This document shows, one piece after another, positions 1 through 12,530 of a DNA stretch of 64,000 nucleotides (its first letter is position 1; the number at the start of each line of letters is the position of its first letter). The position numbers and the translations under genes are program-made. The notes under the pieces are model-generated. The model did no database searches, was not told where the DNA came from, and saw only the letters and a program-made list of their open reading frames with translations. Origin of the DNA: Entomortierella parvispora E1425 (Eukaryota; Fungi; Mortierellomycota); assembly GCA_020891255.1 (NCBI GenBank), contig BQFW01000004.1:496001-560000 (forward strand), read 5' to 3'.

Positions 1-1747
1 AGAGATGACACAGCCGGGGATCTGACGATGCCAGTGCAACTCCTTGACATCCTGCTGACCCTGATGCACAAACATCAGTTGTGGTGGGACCTCCACTCCG
101 GCATCGTTAACAATCGCCTTTTGACTCGTTCCGTTCAAGGCCTCCTCGGCATCGTGTTCTACAGAGAAATCCCACAAAGTGATCTGATCATCCGCGCCAG
201 CGACCGCCAACACAGACTCGTCCGTTGGGTGCCACTCGATCGACGTGATGGGTGCCTGGTGCCACTTGAATGTAGCAATGGGGGTGGGGTTGGCAGCGCT
301 CTGAGACAACTGACGCAAGTCCCAAACACTGAACACACCCTCATCCGATCCAGATGCCAACATGTAGGGCAACTTCTTGTTCCAGCTGATAACGTTCACA
401 TCCGAGTTGTGCACCTTGACCTCGAGACCAGCTCTCTTCTTGGAACGAACATCCCACACTCTGACAGTCTGATCCGCAGAGCAGGACGCAAACACGCCCT
501 TTTCTGAAGGAGACCACTGCAAATCCTCAATCGAGCTCTGGTGACCGACAAAAGGAACACGGTCGGGTGTCACGGATCCGTTGGCGCAGTTCAAAGTCGT
601 CATGTAAATCTTTCCGTTCAAATCACCCGTCAACAAACGACCAGGGACAGTCTCGGACCAGTCCATGGCAAAACCTTCACAACGTCCGTGCGACTCGACA
701 GTGTAGATGGGCTTCTTGGCCGACTCGGGGATCTGAGTTCCAGGAACGTCCAATGCACGGATATGAGGAGCCAAATCCCAGAGATGCACCTTGCCGGTAT
801 CTGCCCAAGTGGCAGCAATCTGCTGGTCGCGCTGAGGCATAGCCTTGAAAGATTATGGTAGTTCAAAATGCTCAGTTAGAATCCAATGAGGCCCCAGGAA
901 TACAGCAAGGGAAAGAGTACAGACATATCGAACCGAGAATAATCTTTGCTTACTCTGATACGGTTAACGCCTCCGTTATGCTTCATGCTCTTGTACTCCA
1001 AGATGGGATCCTCATCAACCTCATCATCATCACTCTCATCGTCACTCATGTTGCCATCATCGTTCTTGGTCTTTGCCAATTGACTCATCTTCATGACCAG
1101 GACCTCGTTGTTCTGGCTCAAGTCGGCCTGGGTACCGGTGACAACATAGGCAGTGGCGGGGAAGGTGCAGCGTTCGTCTCCGAGCTGATCCCAAAGGACA
1201 TCGAAACTGAGGCAGGGCCACTTGACGTTCATGCTGTGCAACATCTCGTAGGCAGATTGATCAGCCTCCAGAACCTCATCCTTCTCCAAAGCCTGTCCTG
1301 GCAAGTAAACGCGCACATCCTTGTCATCTTCCTTGTCCTGGTCCATCTCGATATCGTTCTTGGCCTGGTCCAAGTCCATGCCTAGTCGTCCGTCAAGGTA
1401 ATACAAAGGAATAAATGTATAAGTATTGCGATACACTTTTAGAGGGTAGTCAATCCTCTGTGAGGTCGGTAGACTATCATTCTTCTTTTGAAGGAGCCAG
1501 CAGAGTGGAGTGCCTGGCAACAAAGAAAGAAGAGAGAGAGAGAGAGAGAGAGTCTGGCGGTTGCTTTACCTTCGTCATCGTCATCGTCGTTCTCAATAAT
1601 GACCTCCTGGTCACTCTCGACCTCATCCTCCCAGGGATCCTCAAACTCGCCCATGCCCTCATCCTCAACGGTGATGCGTCCTGCAACATTGAAGTTGGAC
1701 TTTGCCTCCCGCATGTCCTCGTCGTGATCCTGTACTCGCTTGGACAT
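1..1747 (-). CDS. RRB1: Glutamate-rich WD40 ribosome assembly protein Rrb1/GRWD1 (3' end outside window)
   Basis: Exons 1747-1570, 1381-954, 843-<1 with GT..AG junctions that keep frame. Acidic N-terminus, YEMLHSMNVKWPCLSFD (CAF1C_H4-bd-like) motif, and WD repeats VFASCSADQTVRVWD, LASGSDEGVFSVWDLR, WHQAPITSIEWHP, LMFVHQGQQDVKELHWH. Confidence 0.93.
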
Positions 1748-2684
1748 GATGAAATGAAGTGTAGATTAAAGAAGGGTACTAATAAACAAAAGGGGGAAAC
1801 CAAAGATGCAGTGTGGGGGCGGGATGGTATCAAAAGAGGAATGTATGAATGAAATGAAATGAATGCAAGGAGCAATGAAGAACAAAAACAAGCAAAAAAG
1901 TTGAGTGATGCCGAAGTAGAAAGGTGCAGAGCAAAAAAAAAAAAAAAAAGCGATAAACAAAGTGACTGCTTTAATCAAGACAAGGAACAAGGCGCAGGCA
2001 TGTCTGTGCCTGGGGAAAGTTTCTGAGTGTCTGCCTATCTCAACTATCTCTGGTCTATTGTTCTTTGTTCACGCATGGGTATATTGCTTTGCCCTTATCC
2101 CACTATCAGAGGTCATTAAAGCATCGTATATTACCTACAAATGGAGCATGGAAAGAGATGATATCTGTCAGCCAATTGGTCTTGTGCTGTTCAAACAGCA
2201 GCAACAGGGAAGACATGGGGAGCAAGGGATGCTCGCTCAGAGAGAAGATTAGACAACTAATCGTAATCATCGAGAGACATCTATGCAGCAGTTTGCACTG
2301 TTGCTTCTGTCTTTCTTAGAGTATATCTTTGACTATTTTCATCATCATCGCGAGCTATCGGTTTGGATGGTGCGTATGTTTTGAGCCTGATGTGCTGTGA
2401 ATATACCATACCTATTCATTTACGGCATCGGGTCCCTTGCAAACGAGCACGAGGCGAAGAGAGAATGCAGCTAGTGCATCCAAAACAACAGAGATGAAGA
2501 GAGGAGGAGGAGAGATGAAGGTTTGCATGCATCTTTCGCGTCTGCCTGTCTGTTCTGCATTGTCGGCTCATGTAAGGATTTTGCCAAGCCACCGGACTTC
2601 CCCCCGGCCCATTTTTCCCTTTTTGCAAATGCATCAGCATCCTCTCTTTACCTCACACTTGCACGAAACAGACCGGAAGCAACC

Positions 2685-3462
2685 ATGGACTTTTCTCAAT
2701 TCAACGATGCCGAGCGCAACCACCTCCAGCGTGTCATGGAGCAGAAGCAGGTACATTAAACCCCCTCTAACCCCAAAGCAGAGATCCGTCCAATGGCAAC
2801 CACTACAAAGAAGGGAAAAAAATCATGTCGTTTCGGGCTGATCTGGATGGACTTTGGAACATTCATGGGACAGACCAGACCGCGCTTCTTACTGTTCAGA
2901 CACCAAGGATATGCACATCTTTCCGTATTCGCTTATGGCAGCGAGTCTTTTTTTTTTTGGAATGGAGAACAACCGCGAACAGCGAGCCACTACCACCGCG
3001 TACAATTGGAACATATCAGACAGCGTGTACTCACATGCCTCCACTGTTTTGCTCAATTTCTTGATAACCTCTCTTTAGATGAAGGACTTCTTGAAGTTGT
3101 ACAGTGGATTGGTTGAGCGTTGCTTCACTGACTGCGTGAACGACTTTACCTCCAAGACTTTGAGCTCCAAGGAGGCAAGTCCCAGTTCTGTCTTTTTTTT
3201 TGTCTCTGCTTTCATCCTGTTTTCATTGCTTCCTAACTTGTTTTATTCTTTCTCTTCTTTTGCACTCCCATTGGACTTTTTCTTAAAACAATAACGCAAT
3301 GGACAACTTTCAACAACAACTTCAACAACAACTTAACGACCTCTTTCACCAAAACAGGATGGTTGCGTACAAAAGTGCGCTGACAAGTTCTTGAAGCACT
3401 CTGAGCGTGTCGGTCAGCGTTTCGCTGAGGCCAACGCCGAGATGATGGGAGGACCCAAGTAA
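2685..3462 (+). CDS. TIM9: Mitochondrial intermembrane-space small Tim chaperone Tim9
   Basis: Exons 2685-2750, 3079-3174, 3358-3462 give an 88-aa protein: [61 protein letters not shown], with twin CX3C. Second intron is GC-AG. Confidence 0.93.
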
Positions 3463-3760
3463 ATATGGGGTTAAAAAAGAAATCAACCCCCCCCCCCCCA
3501 ATCCTCCAACATAGAAACAAACGTCGAGTGAGGGACATTGAAAAAAAAACCAAGGATAATTTTATTCAAAATTTTGTACAGAACAAAATAAATGATTTGA
3601 CAAAAGCGCCATTGTGATGAGGAAACAAGCAATATTTAGCCAAAGGAGAGAGCGGAGAAAGGAAGAGGAGGCGGCCAGGCAGTGTTTTATTAATATTTTC
3701 GTATAGGATATTAGTTGAGGGGAGTGGAGTGTGTATCGGGTGGTGAGAACGACATCTTCT

Positions 3761-6700
3761 TTATCGGCCGGATCCGCGTGAAAAGCTCGAATTCCCAGCA
3801 GCGGCGGACGCGTGGGAGGCATTGACCTGTCTCAAATACTCGGCTCCAGTGGCTGCGCCAACGGTGTTACTGGATCCAGCCACATACATACTCGTCGCAT
3901 TCTTTCTGGAGGCTGAAAGACCAGTGGACGAGCCTCCTCCTCCGCCGGCCGCAGCGCCTCCATAGAACGAACCGTTGTCGGTGCTTCCGCCATGTCCATG
4001 GCCATGGCCATGACCTGCAGCAGCGCCACTCACAGTCAATCGTCTCGAATTTGCCCCAGTCGTTGATCCGGAAGAAGAGCCCGAGAAGGTAGTGGGGGTG
4101 GCATAGAGACTGGTATAATGCTGCCCGTATTTGGATGAGCCACTGATATTGCTGCTATGGCCAGCTCCGCCACTACCTTCTGAATATCCGTGCCCATGGC
4201 CTCCCTGATAACTTTGGTTGGTCGAGGAGACAGTCGAAGCTGCGAACGAGGGGATCCCAGCACTAACATGTGTGCGTCTTTCAAACTTCATCGATCCTGC
4301 TCCTGAATTCGAGGAAATGGAGGTGTCGGGCTCTGTCTTGACCTTGAGAGGACGTGCAGCTGACAAAGACGCTGAAGATTGTCCCGAGAAACTAAAAGAA
4401 TGAAAATACAAGGATTAAAAATTAGAGAGGAACGAGACTAAAGATAACAAAAGCCGACAGAAAGAAAAAAAAAAAAAAAAAAAAAAAAAAAAGGAAAAAG
4501 AAAACTTACATGGTACTGCGACGTCGGGAATTCGATGAGGAGCTGCTGCTTGCACTTGTGTTCATTGGCTGATGGTAGTCCGATGAGCTGGAGGGTGAGG
4601 GGCTGAAAAGGGTTCGGACAGGGGTTCGAATGTCTGAGATCCATTCGTGTTGCAGTCCTTCTCTAGGCTTCATACGCTTTTCAGGATCCCAGATCAAGCA
4701 ACGACCAATGAAATCCAAAAATAACGGGTCATTGCACTTGAGGGCCTGCCCCAAGGTCTTTGAGCCCGGTCGACGTTTTTTGCCCTTGGAGTTGACTACT
4801 GACTTTGGATTACCGGAAGCATCTGTGAAAGCAACCCATTTCATACTGATTAGTACTCTCGACGATGCATTGTCATTGAAGAATTCTGTTGTAGTTCCAC
4901 CGCTTATCATAAAATATATAACTTACCAAAAAAGACCTTCTTGCGGGAGCTTTTCTCAACAAGGTACCGGTCAGGGATACCCTGAATTTCCATGATGCAA
5001 GAAAGCTGTTCCTGCTCGTTCTCTCCAGGGAACAAAGGATAGCCAGTATATAGCTCTGCAAGAATACAGCCAAGAGACCACATGTCGATTGCCATGTTGT
5101 ACGACATGCCCAAAATGACCTCGGGTGATCGGTAGAATCGGGATTGGATATACGTATACACCTTCTCGTTTTCAAGACAACTGCTTCCAAAATCGATCAC
5201 CTTAATGCTGGATTTCGTGGGGTGTTTCAACAAAATGTTCTCCGGCTTGAGATCACAGTGCACAACACTGTGCTTACTCAACAAATCCAGAGATTGCAAA
5301 AGCTGTGTGCAGAACCTAGGAGTAAGGAAGACCATGCCAAAGAAATTCGTCTTAGTAAAGACTCTTGCACAATTGCAAAATATCTCCTTAAAATCCAACC
5401 TACCTCTTGATAAGACCCAGACTAAAGCCCTGGAACGAGTTTGTCTTGATGAACTCGTAAAGATTGATAGACAATAGCTCAGAGGCAATGCAAAGATGGT
5501 TGCGGAAGTAAAAGTTGTCTGTCATACGGATCAAATTGTGCTTTGCGTCCGGGTCCTAAAAAAAAGCGTCGATGTTAGATGAAGGCCCTGACATTCAAAG
5601 CAATCCCGGTGTTTGTCATTCATTTTCTTTTCTTACCCATCGGTTCAGCTTATCCAAGATCTTGACCTCAACCAGAGCCTGACAGTGGAAACGCTTCTTG
5701 TTGCGGATGATCTTGATAGCTACATATTCTCCTGTCTTGTGGTCGTAACATTTAGCCACTTGTCCAAATGATCCCTTGCCCAACATGTCCAGTATCTCGT
5801 ATCGGAACATGAGATGATCGTGGTTCACAATCAGATAATCTCCTCGCTCATCATCGAATCCAAAATTGCTGTTGCTCGCCTCCATGCTTGCGGGCTTCTT
5901 GTGCCGACAGTTTTGCCCCACATAGTATACTTGAGGGTATTCGCCGATCTCGGCCCGCTCGTACATGCTCAAGTAGGGTGCATACAATTTGAGGGCTGCA
6001 TAAGGCGAAAGAGGAGGGAATGGGCTGACTCCCGAAGAGGAAGGAACAGACGTTGACAGAGCCTTGGGCGATTTTGGCTCTAATGCAGGCGAAGCGCCAT
6101 TCTGGCCATGCAAAACTGTGCTTGGGTGAATTGGTTGTCCAGAGGTGTACGGCGGATTCGGGTTGGTGACCACAGATGATGTGGGTGTTTTGGCCATACC
6201 AGAGGTAGAGGGCGAGGACCGAGTAGGTGTTTTGAGCTCGTTTGTCTTTTTTACATCAAACTGACTCAATAGGTGACTCGAGGTTGGTGGAAGTCTAGCC
6301 GAGGCGGGAGCAGTGGAGGATTTCGAGAAGGTAGACGCTCTGGGTGTGGAGGGAGCATCGGATTTTAAGGGAACCGCATTTGTGGCGATGGTGAGAGGAT
6401 CCACCACTGTGGATCGACGTCGGCTCAGACCGCTCAAAAGGCCACTAGAGAAGCTCCTGGATGTCTTTGGTTTTTCAGTCACGGGGGGGGTTGAAGTTTT
6501 GACCGTCAGAGGCTGCTGGTTTGTCAACGGCAGGTCCGTGGTACTTCCTCCTCGGATTGTCTTCGAGTCCAAAGTAACATCAGCAACCTGTGTCCTCGCC
6601 GCCCCCTTCATGGCAGCTTCCCTAGGCGTAACAGTTCCTCCTCGAGAAACATTGGCAGGACTAGGGATCATGGATCCTGCCGCTCGTGAAGCCATAGGCG

Positions 6701-9700
6701 ACGACATATTGGTGGTTCGTGAAGTGGTTGACATGTACATAGGAGGCAAAATTGTGGGAGCAGGTTTAGCTTTTGGAGGGTCCATAGCCGACAATGTCTA
6801 GGAAATAAAAGATTTGTGGTTAGGAGTGTATACAAAGAACTACAGCATATCCCACGCATGCAAGTTTTCTAACCTTTCCTCTCTTGCGAGTAGCACTTTG
6901 CTGGGCGCTGGAGCCTCCAGAGTTGCTGCTGCTGTTCGCAACCATCGATGTCCTGTCCTTCGCCCCAGATACCATCACACCAACGTCCTTCATCCTGCCA
7001 ATACTGCCTTCTGCTCCATGACCACTACCATTGGAGCGGGAATGAGAAGCAGGGATGTCAAATACAATGCTCCGGCGATGAGACCCGGCCAGAGAAGGAT
7101 TAGGTGGGTGTCTCATGACAACAGTCGGCATGACCACCTCTGCAGCAGTGGGGACTGGAGGCTTTGGGGCAGGCTCCTTGATATCCAGAATGCTCATGTG
7201 CTTGGTCATGTCAGCAACCGGTACTGGAATGGTGTCTGCTGTCTGTGGAAGTGGTGTTCCTGATTTACTGCTTGGTGTCGAAGAAGAAGGTGAGCGATGA
7301 GAGTCTGGACGCTGGGCGGGAGTCGGGATCTCATCTGACACGATGACAGATTTGCGAAGAGTGGACTGGAACTCAGAAGAGTAGTGAGGAGGCAATTGAG
7401 GATGCTGGGGGACTGCGGTCGTCTGAGTGCCGCCTGCACTAGCACTTCCTGCAGGCGTACGCGATCTTGAGCGTGGGGGTGGGGTCGGGCGCCCTTTGTA
7501 ATCCGCTGTGGGGGTAGAAGGGATTCCGCTCCTCGACTTTGTTCTTAATTGCGGAATACCACTGGGTAAATGAGGCGATGCAGCCCTAGAGTGAGACCTA
7601 GGTTTGGGGTCCTCATTGCTTCCATTTGAGTTGCCGTTGCTACCGTTGGTGGCTCCGCCACTACCAGTAGAGTTGTTTTCATTGTTGTTCTGGAAGGCAG
7701 CGTAGAAGCTCTCGCGCTTGTACTTTGCACGAGTTTGGTGGTCCCGTTGCTGTAATTGCAGAAGAAACTGCTCCTGCTCCCGCCAAGAGTCACGTCGGCT
7801 AAGAGTTTGGTCTGCAGCAGCCGTAGGATCAAACGCCTGAGGCGAGGTCTGGGACTCGGTGTAGGTTGGCATCCGTGGTGTGGCTACATTTCCATCTGCT
7901 GCACTGCTCTCGCCATTGGTCTGGTTCATACGCGCTTGAAGGGTACTGTACGATTCTGATCGCCTATAGAGGTCCCGAGGCTGGACAGAAATCTCTGCAG
8001 AGGTGTTCTTTCGAGAAGACGGCAATGTTCCCTGGGTCGAATAGTGCTTTGAATAACCCTCGTATTGTGAACCTTCTGTTGGCTTGGGCAATGACTCCAA
8101 AGGAAGAGTCAGGGGTATTGGCCCAGACGAATATGACTTGCTCCTGTAGTGACTTTGTGAGACGGGCGAGGGGGGTGCTTGAGGAGTAGTCTTTGGGTAT
8201 TGGGGATGCATGCCAGAACTGCTCCGTCCAGAGCTCAACGGGCTTGTTAAAGCAGTCATCGGGGAGCCATCCGAATTGGAGATAGATGATGGTGTCATAG
8301 GTGGATTAGGAGACATTGGCATATCCAGTCTATGTAAAAAAAAGAGAGAAAAAGTAAGCGAGGTTAATATTTTGTCGTTAAAAACATGGCAGCGGAGCGT
8401 ACAGCAAGGGGTGCGTTGCGTCCCGGAGGAATGTGCGCACGGGAAGGGCGAATCCTCATTTTGGTTTCATGGAAAACGCTCCACAACCCCTTGTCGCAGA
8501 TACCGCCACTCTTGGGGTCTTCACACAAAACCAAACATTCGACTTACCCTGTGCTGTGAACGCGATGATGCGGGGACGCCGCGCCTTGATGCTTCCTTTG
8601 AGGGTCCATCGGGCTGGCCGACTGTTGCTGGAGGAACTGCTGCTGGTAGTATTGCTGTCTAAACTCGTCTTCTTGTTGATACTGCTGCTGCTGGTCAAAG
8701 TGGAGCTGGTTTTGATGATATTGCTGTTCCAGTTCATGAAAGCTCTGTCTTGAAGACGAGGACTGCTTCCGTGGCATAGTCTCGTGCTGGGTTGGATGTT
8801 CTGAAGGGTGCTGCGACTGAACCCATGAGTATGGGACCTGAGGAATAATGGCTCCGATGGATTGACGGGACTTTGCTGGCAACGACTTGCGGTAGCTATC
8901 CCTCCCTTCTACGCCGTAGGCTAAGTCAAAGACAAGTTGGATAGAAGTGAAGGGATGATGTGAGCTCCGACGAACAAGATGGGAGGAGATGAGGGAAACG
9001 AATGACATGCGGTTGGCGTGAACACAAAAAAAAAAAAAAAGTCGTCTTCTCCCCTCTCCTGGTCTGTCTGGTGCACATCGTTGTCAGCCCCAAACCTCAC
9101 CCACCCTCCCTTGCTTTCCTGGAGAAAGATAGAGAGAATCTCGCTGAACTACCTGCCTCCTCGGCCGGGAAAACGTGCCCCTTGACCCTGACGCCTGACT
9201 GCGACCACGACCGCCATCGCTCCCACTCTCCAACCACCCAGCAAACAAACGACCAAACAAAGGATATCTCTCGAGCAACGAGGCAGGGGTCAACGACCTG
9301 CACACGCAAGTCCATTGAGATGCTCACAAAGAACGTGTTGTTTCTGTGCACCGCTCCACTTCAACACAATCATTGAACGATCACATTGGGGGTGGGGGGT
9401 CCATTGCTAAATGCCAGAGCGACGCCCTGTTTATCTTGTGTCCACTGCATCCCAAGATGCGCCTTGACCCTGCGCTTGACCACCTCAGCAACAGCACGTT
9501 CCCATTCATCTTCAAACTGTCTTCCAACGAGAACCCTTCCACAAAGGCGTCATGCGCCATGCTCCAGTTTTGACACCAGAGCAGGAAACAGGAGAGAGCA
9601 GCTGAAGCAGACCCTCCTGTCCACAGAGAAAAAGAAAGAAACGACTCCAAACTGCTCGAGAATCGACACGGGTAGAAAGCTGATCCTGGCTCAGCGCATG

Positions 9701-10760
9701 AGAGGACCAAAAAAAAAAAAAAAAAAATGGACCACAGGAGGTCACATCCTGTCGTTCTCCGCACTCAACGAATCATAGACCACCGATCTTCACACCCCAC
9801 ATCACCGGGCACGGAACTAGCCCACGACTAAACACCGAGGAGAAACACCACTTACAAGAGTTCATTGAGCCGTCAGCTCCAGCACCTGGGGCCTCAACCC
9901 CAAACTCATGGGCTGCAAGGCTTTTGGGTCGACGGGTCTTTGGTGATACTGTCAGGACAGGTGTCGGGGTCGCCATGTTACTAGAGCTGCCATTGATGCC
10001 ACTGCTGCCGCCATTGTTATGGCTAAAGTGCGTTTTGCTGCTGCTGCTCGGTCGAGAGGTCAAAGGCACTGAAGACGGGGGCGGTGGTGGAGGTGCTGTT
10101 GCCATCTCCACTGTCGAGGAGGGAGATCCATAAAGGTCCTGCTGGTACTGCGAGACGGGACGACTCCTATATCCTTCCCGCGCACCCGTCCCTCCATTTC
10201 CACGAGATAATACGCCTGTTGGTGTCACAGTCCCGGTCGCCAGTCCTGATCCCGTGTAGCTCTGGACAGTGCCTTGTTCGGGGGGTCGACTCCCGATACC
10301 GCCGTTGGCACTGTTGCTGATGGTGTTATTGTTGCTGGCCTCATAGCCGCCAGTGGTGTTCTGAAGGCGAGCATTATGTCTTTGTCCGTTTCCGCTGCTC
10401 GAACCGTTGGTGGCTGTCAGGGGTGCAAAGTATGGCGGTGGAGAAGGAGGCGAGAACTTTTGAGAATTGTAGATGGGCGCCGTCATGATGGGTGGAGGCG
10501 AATATGCCTCAAACTCACGGACGGGGATCTTGCGAAGGGGAGGGGGTCTCTGCTTGATGGATGGCGATGATGGCTGCTGCGGCTGTTGCTGCTGAAGGTG
10601 GAGAGGAGAGGAGCGATGCTGATGCGACAGATGCGCGGGATTAGAAACGGTCGGTTCCAGGTCCAGCCTGCGGTCGAACGTGTCCGTGAAGGCGCTCTGA
10701 CGCTGCTGCTGTTGTTGCTGGTGCTGGTGCTGTTCATGTTGCTGCTGGTATTGGCTCTGC

Positions 10761-10792
<32 letters not shown>

Positions 10793-10864
10793 CAGCGTTG
10801 GTGTCTTGGGCGAGACAAGCGACTTGCGGCGCGACGAGAAGAAGGACGACTTGAGAGACTCCAT
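3761..10864 (-). CDS. Class-2 DYRK (DYRK2/Pom1-like) dual-specificity protein kinase, ~1,830 aa, long low-complexity N-terminus
   Basis: Eight exons (10864-9856, 8920-8548, 8329-6874, 6797-5637, 5555-5404, 5315-4927, 4822-4510, 4391-3761) join in frame to 5,484 nt. DH box [33 protein letters not shown], activation loop [13 protein letters not shown]. The link of the first exons to the kinase is inferred from splice phase. Confidence 0.88.
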
Positions 10865-12078
10865 GTTGGAGTCTGGACCGAGCACCGGAGCAGCCGAGGA
10901 TGAGAATATGAGAGGGGTGCGGAGGCAAAGAAGCTTCGAGGGAGAGGAGGGCTCTTTGTGTTCCCTGCCAGAGGGGGGGAGAGATGAACAAAACGGGATG
11001 GATGAAGTGGATGATGATGCTTGGATGATGATGAAAGAGCAAAAAAGTGGAGGATGGATGGACAGACACAGGAGGATGGATGTGTTTGAAGGCGAGTCTT
11101 TTGCAATTAAGAGTTCTTGAATAAAATTATTAATGCTTTTTTAATTTTTATTCCCTATCCTCGTCCTTGTTTTTTGTTCTCTCAAAAACAGACCGCGTCC
11201 TCTGAAAAGTCGACCTTGCCGGTCCTTCTGAGGGTATTTACAGTAGGAAAAAGGAGTTGTTCCTGGGTCGCCACTAAGAACCCTTTCGGGGGTTCTTCTA
11301 GCAGCACCACGGAACCATCGATTTGACTAGACACGCTGGTGATCGCGTCCTTCTTACCCCGCCTACGAATACTCTCATGCACGTTTGTTCTCCTGCTCTC
11401 ATCCTCTGCATCCACATCTTTTTTCTTTCGCAAGCACCCTATACCTCCCTCATCTGTCCTGACGGACAATATCAACAATGTCGTCTCTAATGGCTTTAAA
11501 AGAACCGAAAGCCAACGTGTTTGCCGACATTGATGCTCAATTACAACTACAGCTAGCTTCGTTTTTAGTTCCTGCTACACGGCCAGTCATCCTCCCCCCC
11601 CCCTCTAGAACTTTGCCCTCTCCGTTCATTGAATCGATAATACCCTTGTATCAACTCCATACGTGTTCCCTGTGTCAGTCTTCGACATCTTGCATCGCCA
11701 GTTCTTACTCCTGAGCCGGCCTATGCAATCTACAAAAAAAAAAAAAAAAAAAAAAAGTGGCTTCATCTACGTGTCTATTGACAGCACATTCCCAGGCCTG
11801 AAGAGGCCGTGGGGTCCGAAACCATGCCGTCTATGACTGATCATAGAGAACGGACTAAGGAGGCACTTCAACTTGATGGCGCTATCATTTAAAACGCACA
11901 AGTGGTCAACAGCTGAGATCACTGCCGGACACTCTTCTTGGGACGGATGAAACGGGACGGATGAAACAGGTCGTCGTCCTCCACCCCTGATGATCCAACG
12001 TCAATATGGCCAAGAGAAAGGAAAGGTTTTGCAACTCACAATCGATATTAATGGGGATGGGGCAGTATCAAGGGCATC

Positions 12079-12470
12079 CTAAGGATAGCCCGCTCCCTCA
12101 ATTTCGGACATGTATTTCTTGATGGCAGCATCATAATTTGGCGTAAAGACGCCAACTGCCCATGCTGTCGGTCCTGAACTGCTAGTAAGGGCCGCCAAAA
12201 CCTTGTCTTGGTGCCGCTGCTCCTGCCACCATCCCTCATTACTTACAGCTTTGACCACTGTCTTGTTCGAAGATGATGATGGTGCCACAAATGCACGGGC
12301 TTAAAAAACGGTCCAGTCTGCAGTCGAGCGTGTCCATGAAGGCGCTTTGGCGCCATTGTTGCCGCCATTGTTGCCGCCACTGTTGCTGTTGCTGCTTTGT
12401 TGCTGGGGCGTCGATGACCTTGAGCGAGGCAAGCGACTTGCAGCGTGACGAGAAGAAGTAGGGAGTCCTG
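12079..12470 (-). pseudogene. Mosaic relic: degenerate copy of kinase exon 1 (12311-12470) next to a degenerate copy of the Cys-rich gene C-terminus (12079-12288)
   Basis: FFSSRCKSLASLK...QQQQQWRQSAFMDTLDCRLD matches [13 protein letters not shown]...[16 protein letters not shown] at ~10660-10850. VLAALTSSSGPTAWAVGV matches MLAALSSSPGPTSMDIGV at ~12980-13030. Confidence 0.7.
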
Positions 12471-12530
12471 GGGCAGTCAGTGGAATAGATGATAAATTTA
12501 TGTATAGGTGTTTTTAATCTTGTGCAGCAT

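Noticed and set aside
28-1385. Long + strand ORFs (28-507, 855-1385) and many similar ORFs opposite real genes across the window
   Set aside because: Antisense shadows of codon-biased genes on the other strand; no motifs of their own.
1528-1552. (GA)n microsatellite and the many poly-A/poly-T tracts
   Set aside because: Ordinary intronic and intergenic simple repeats.
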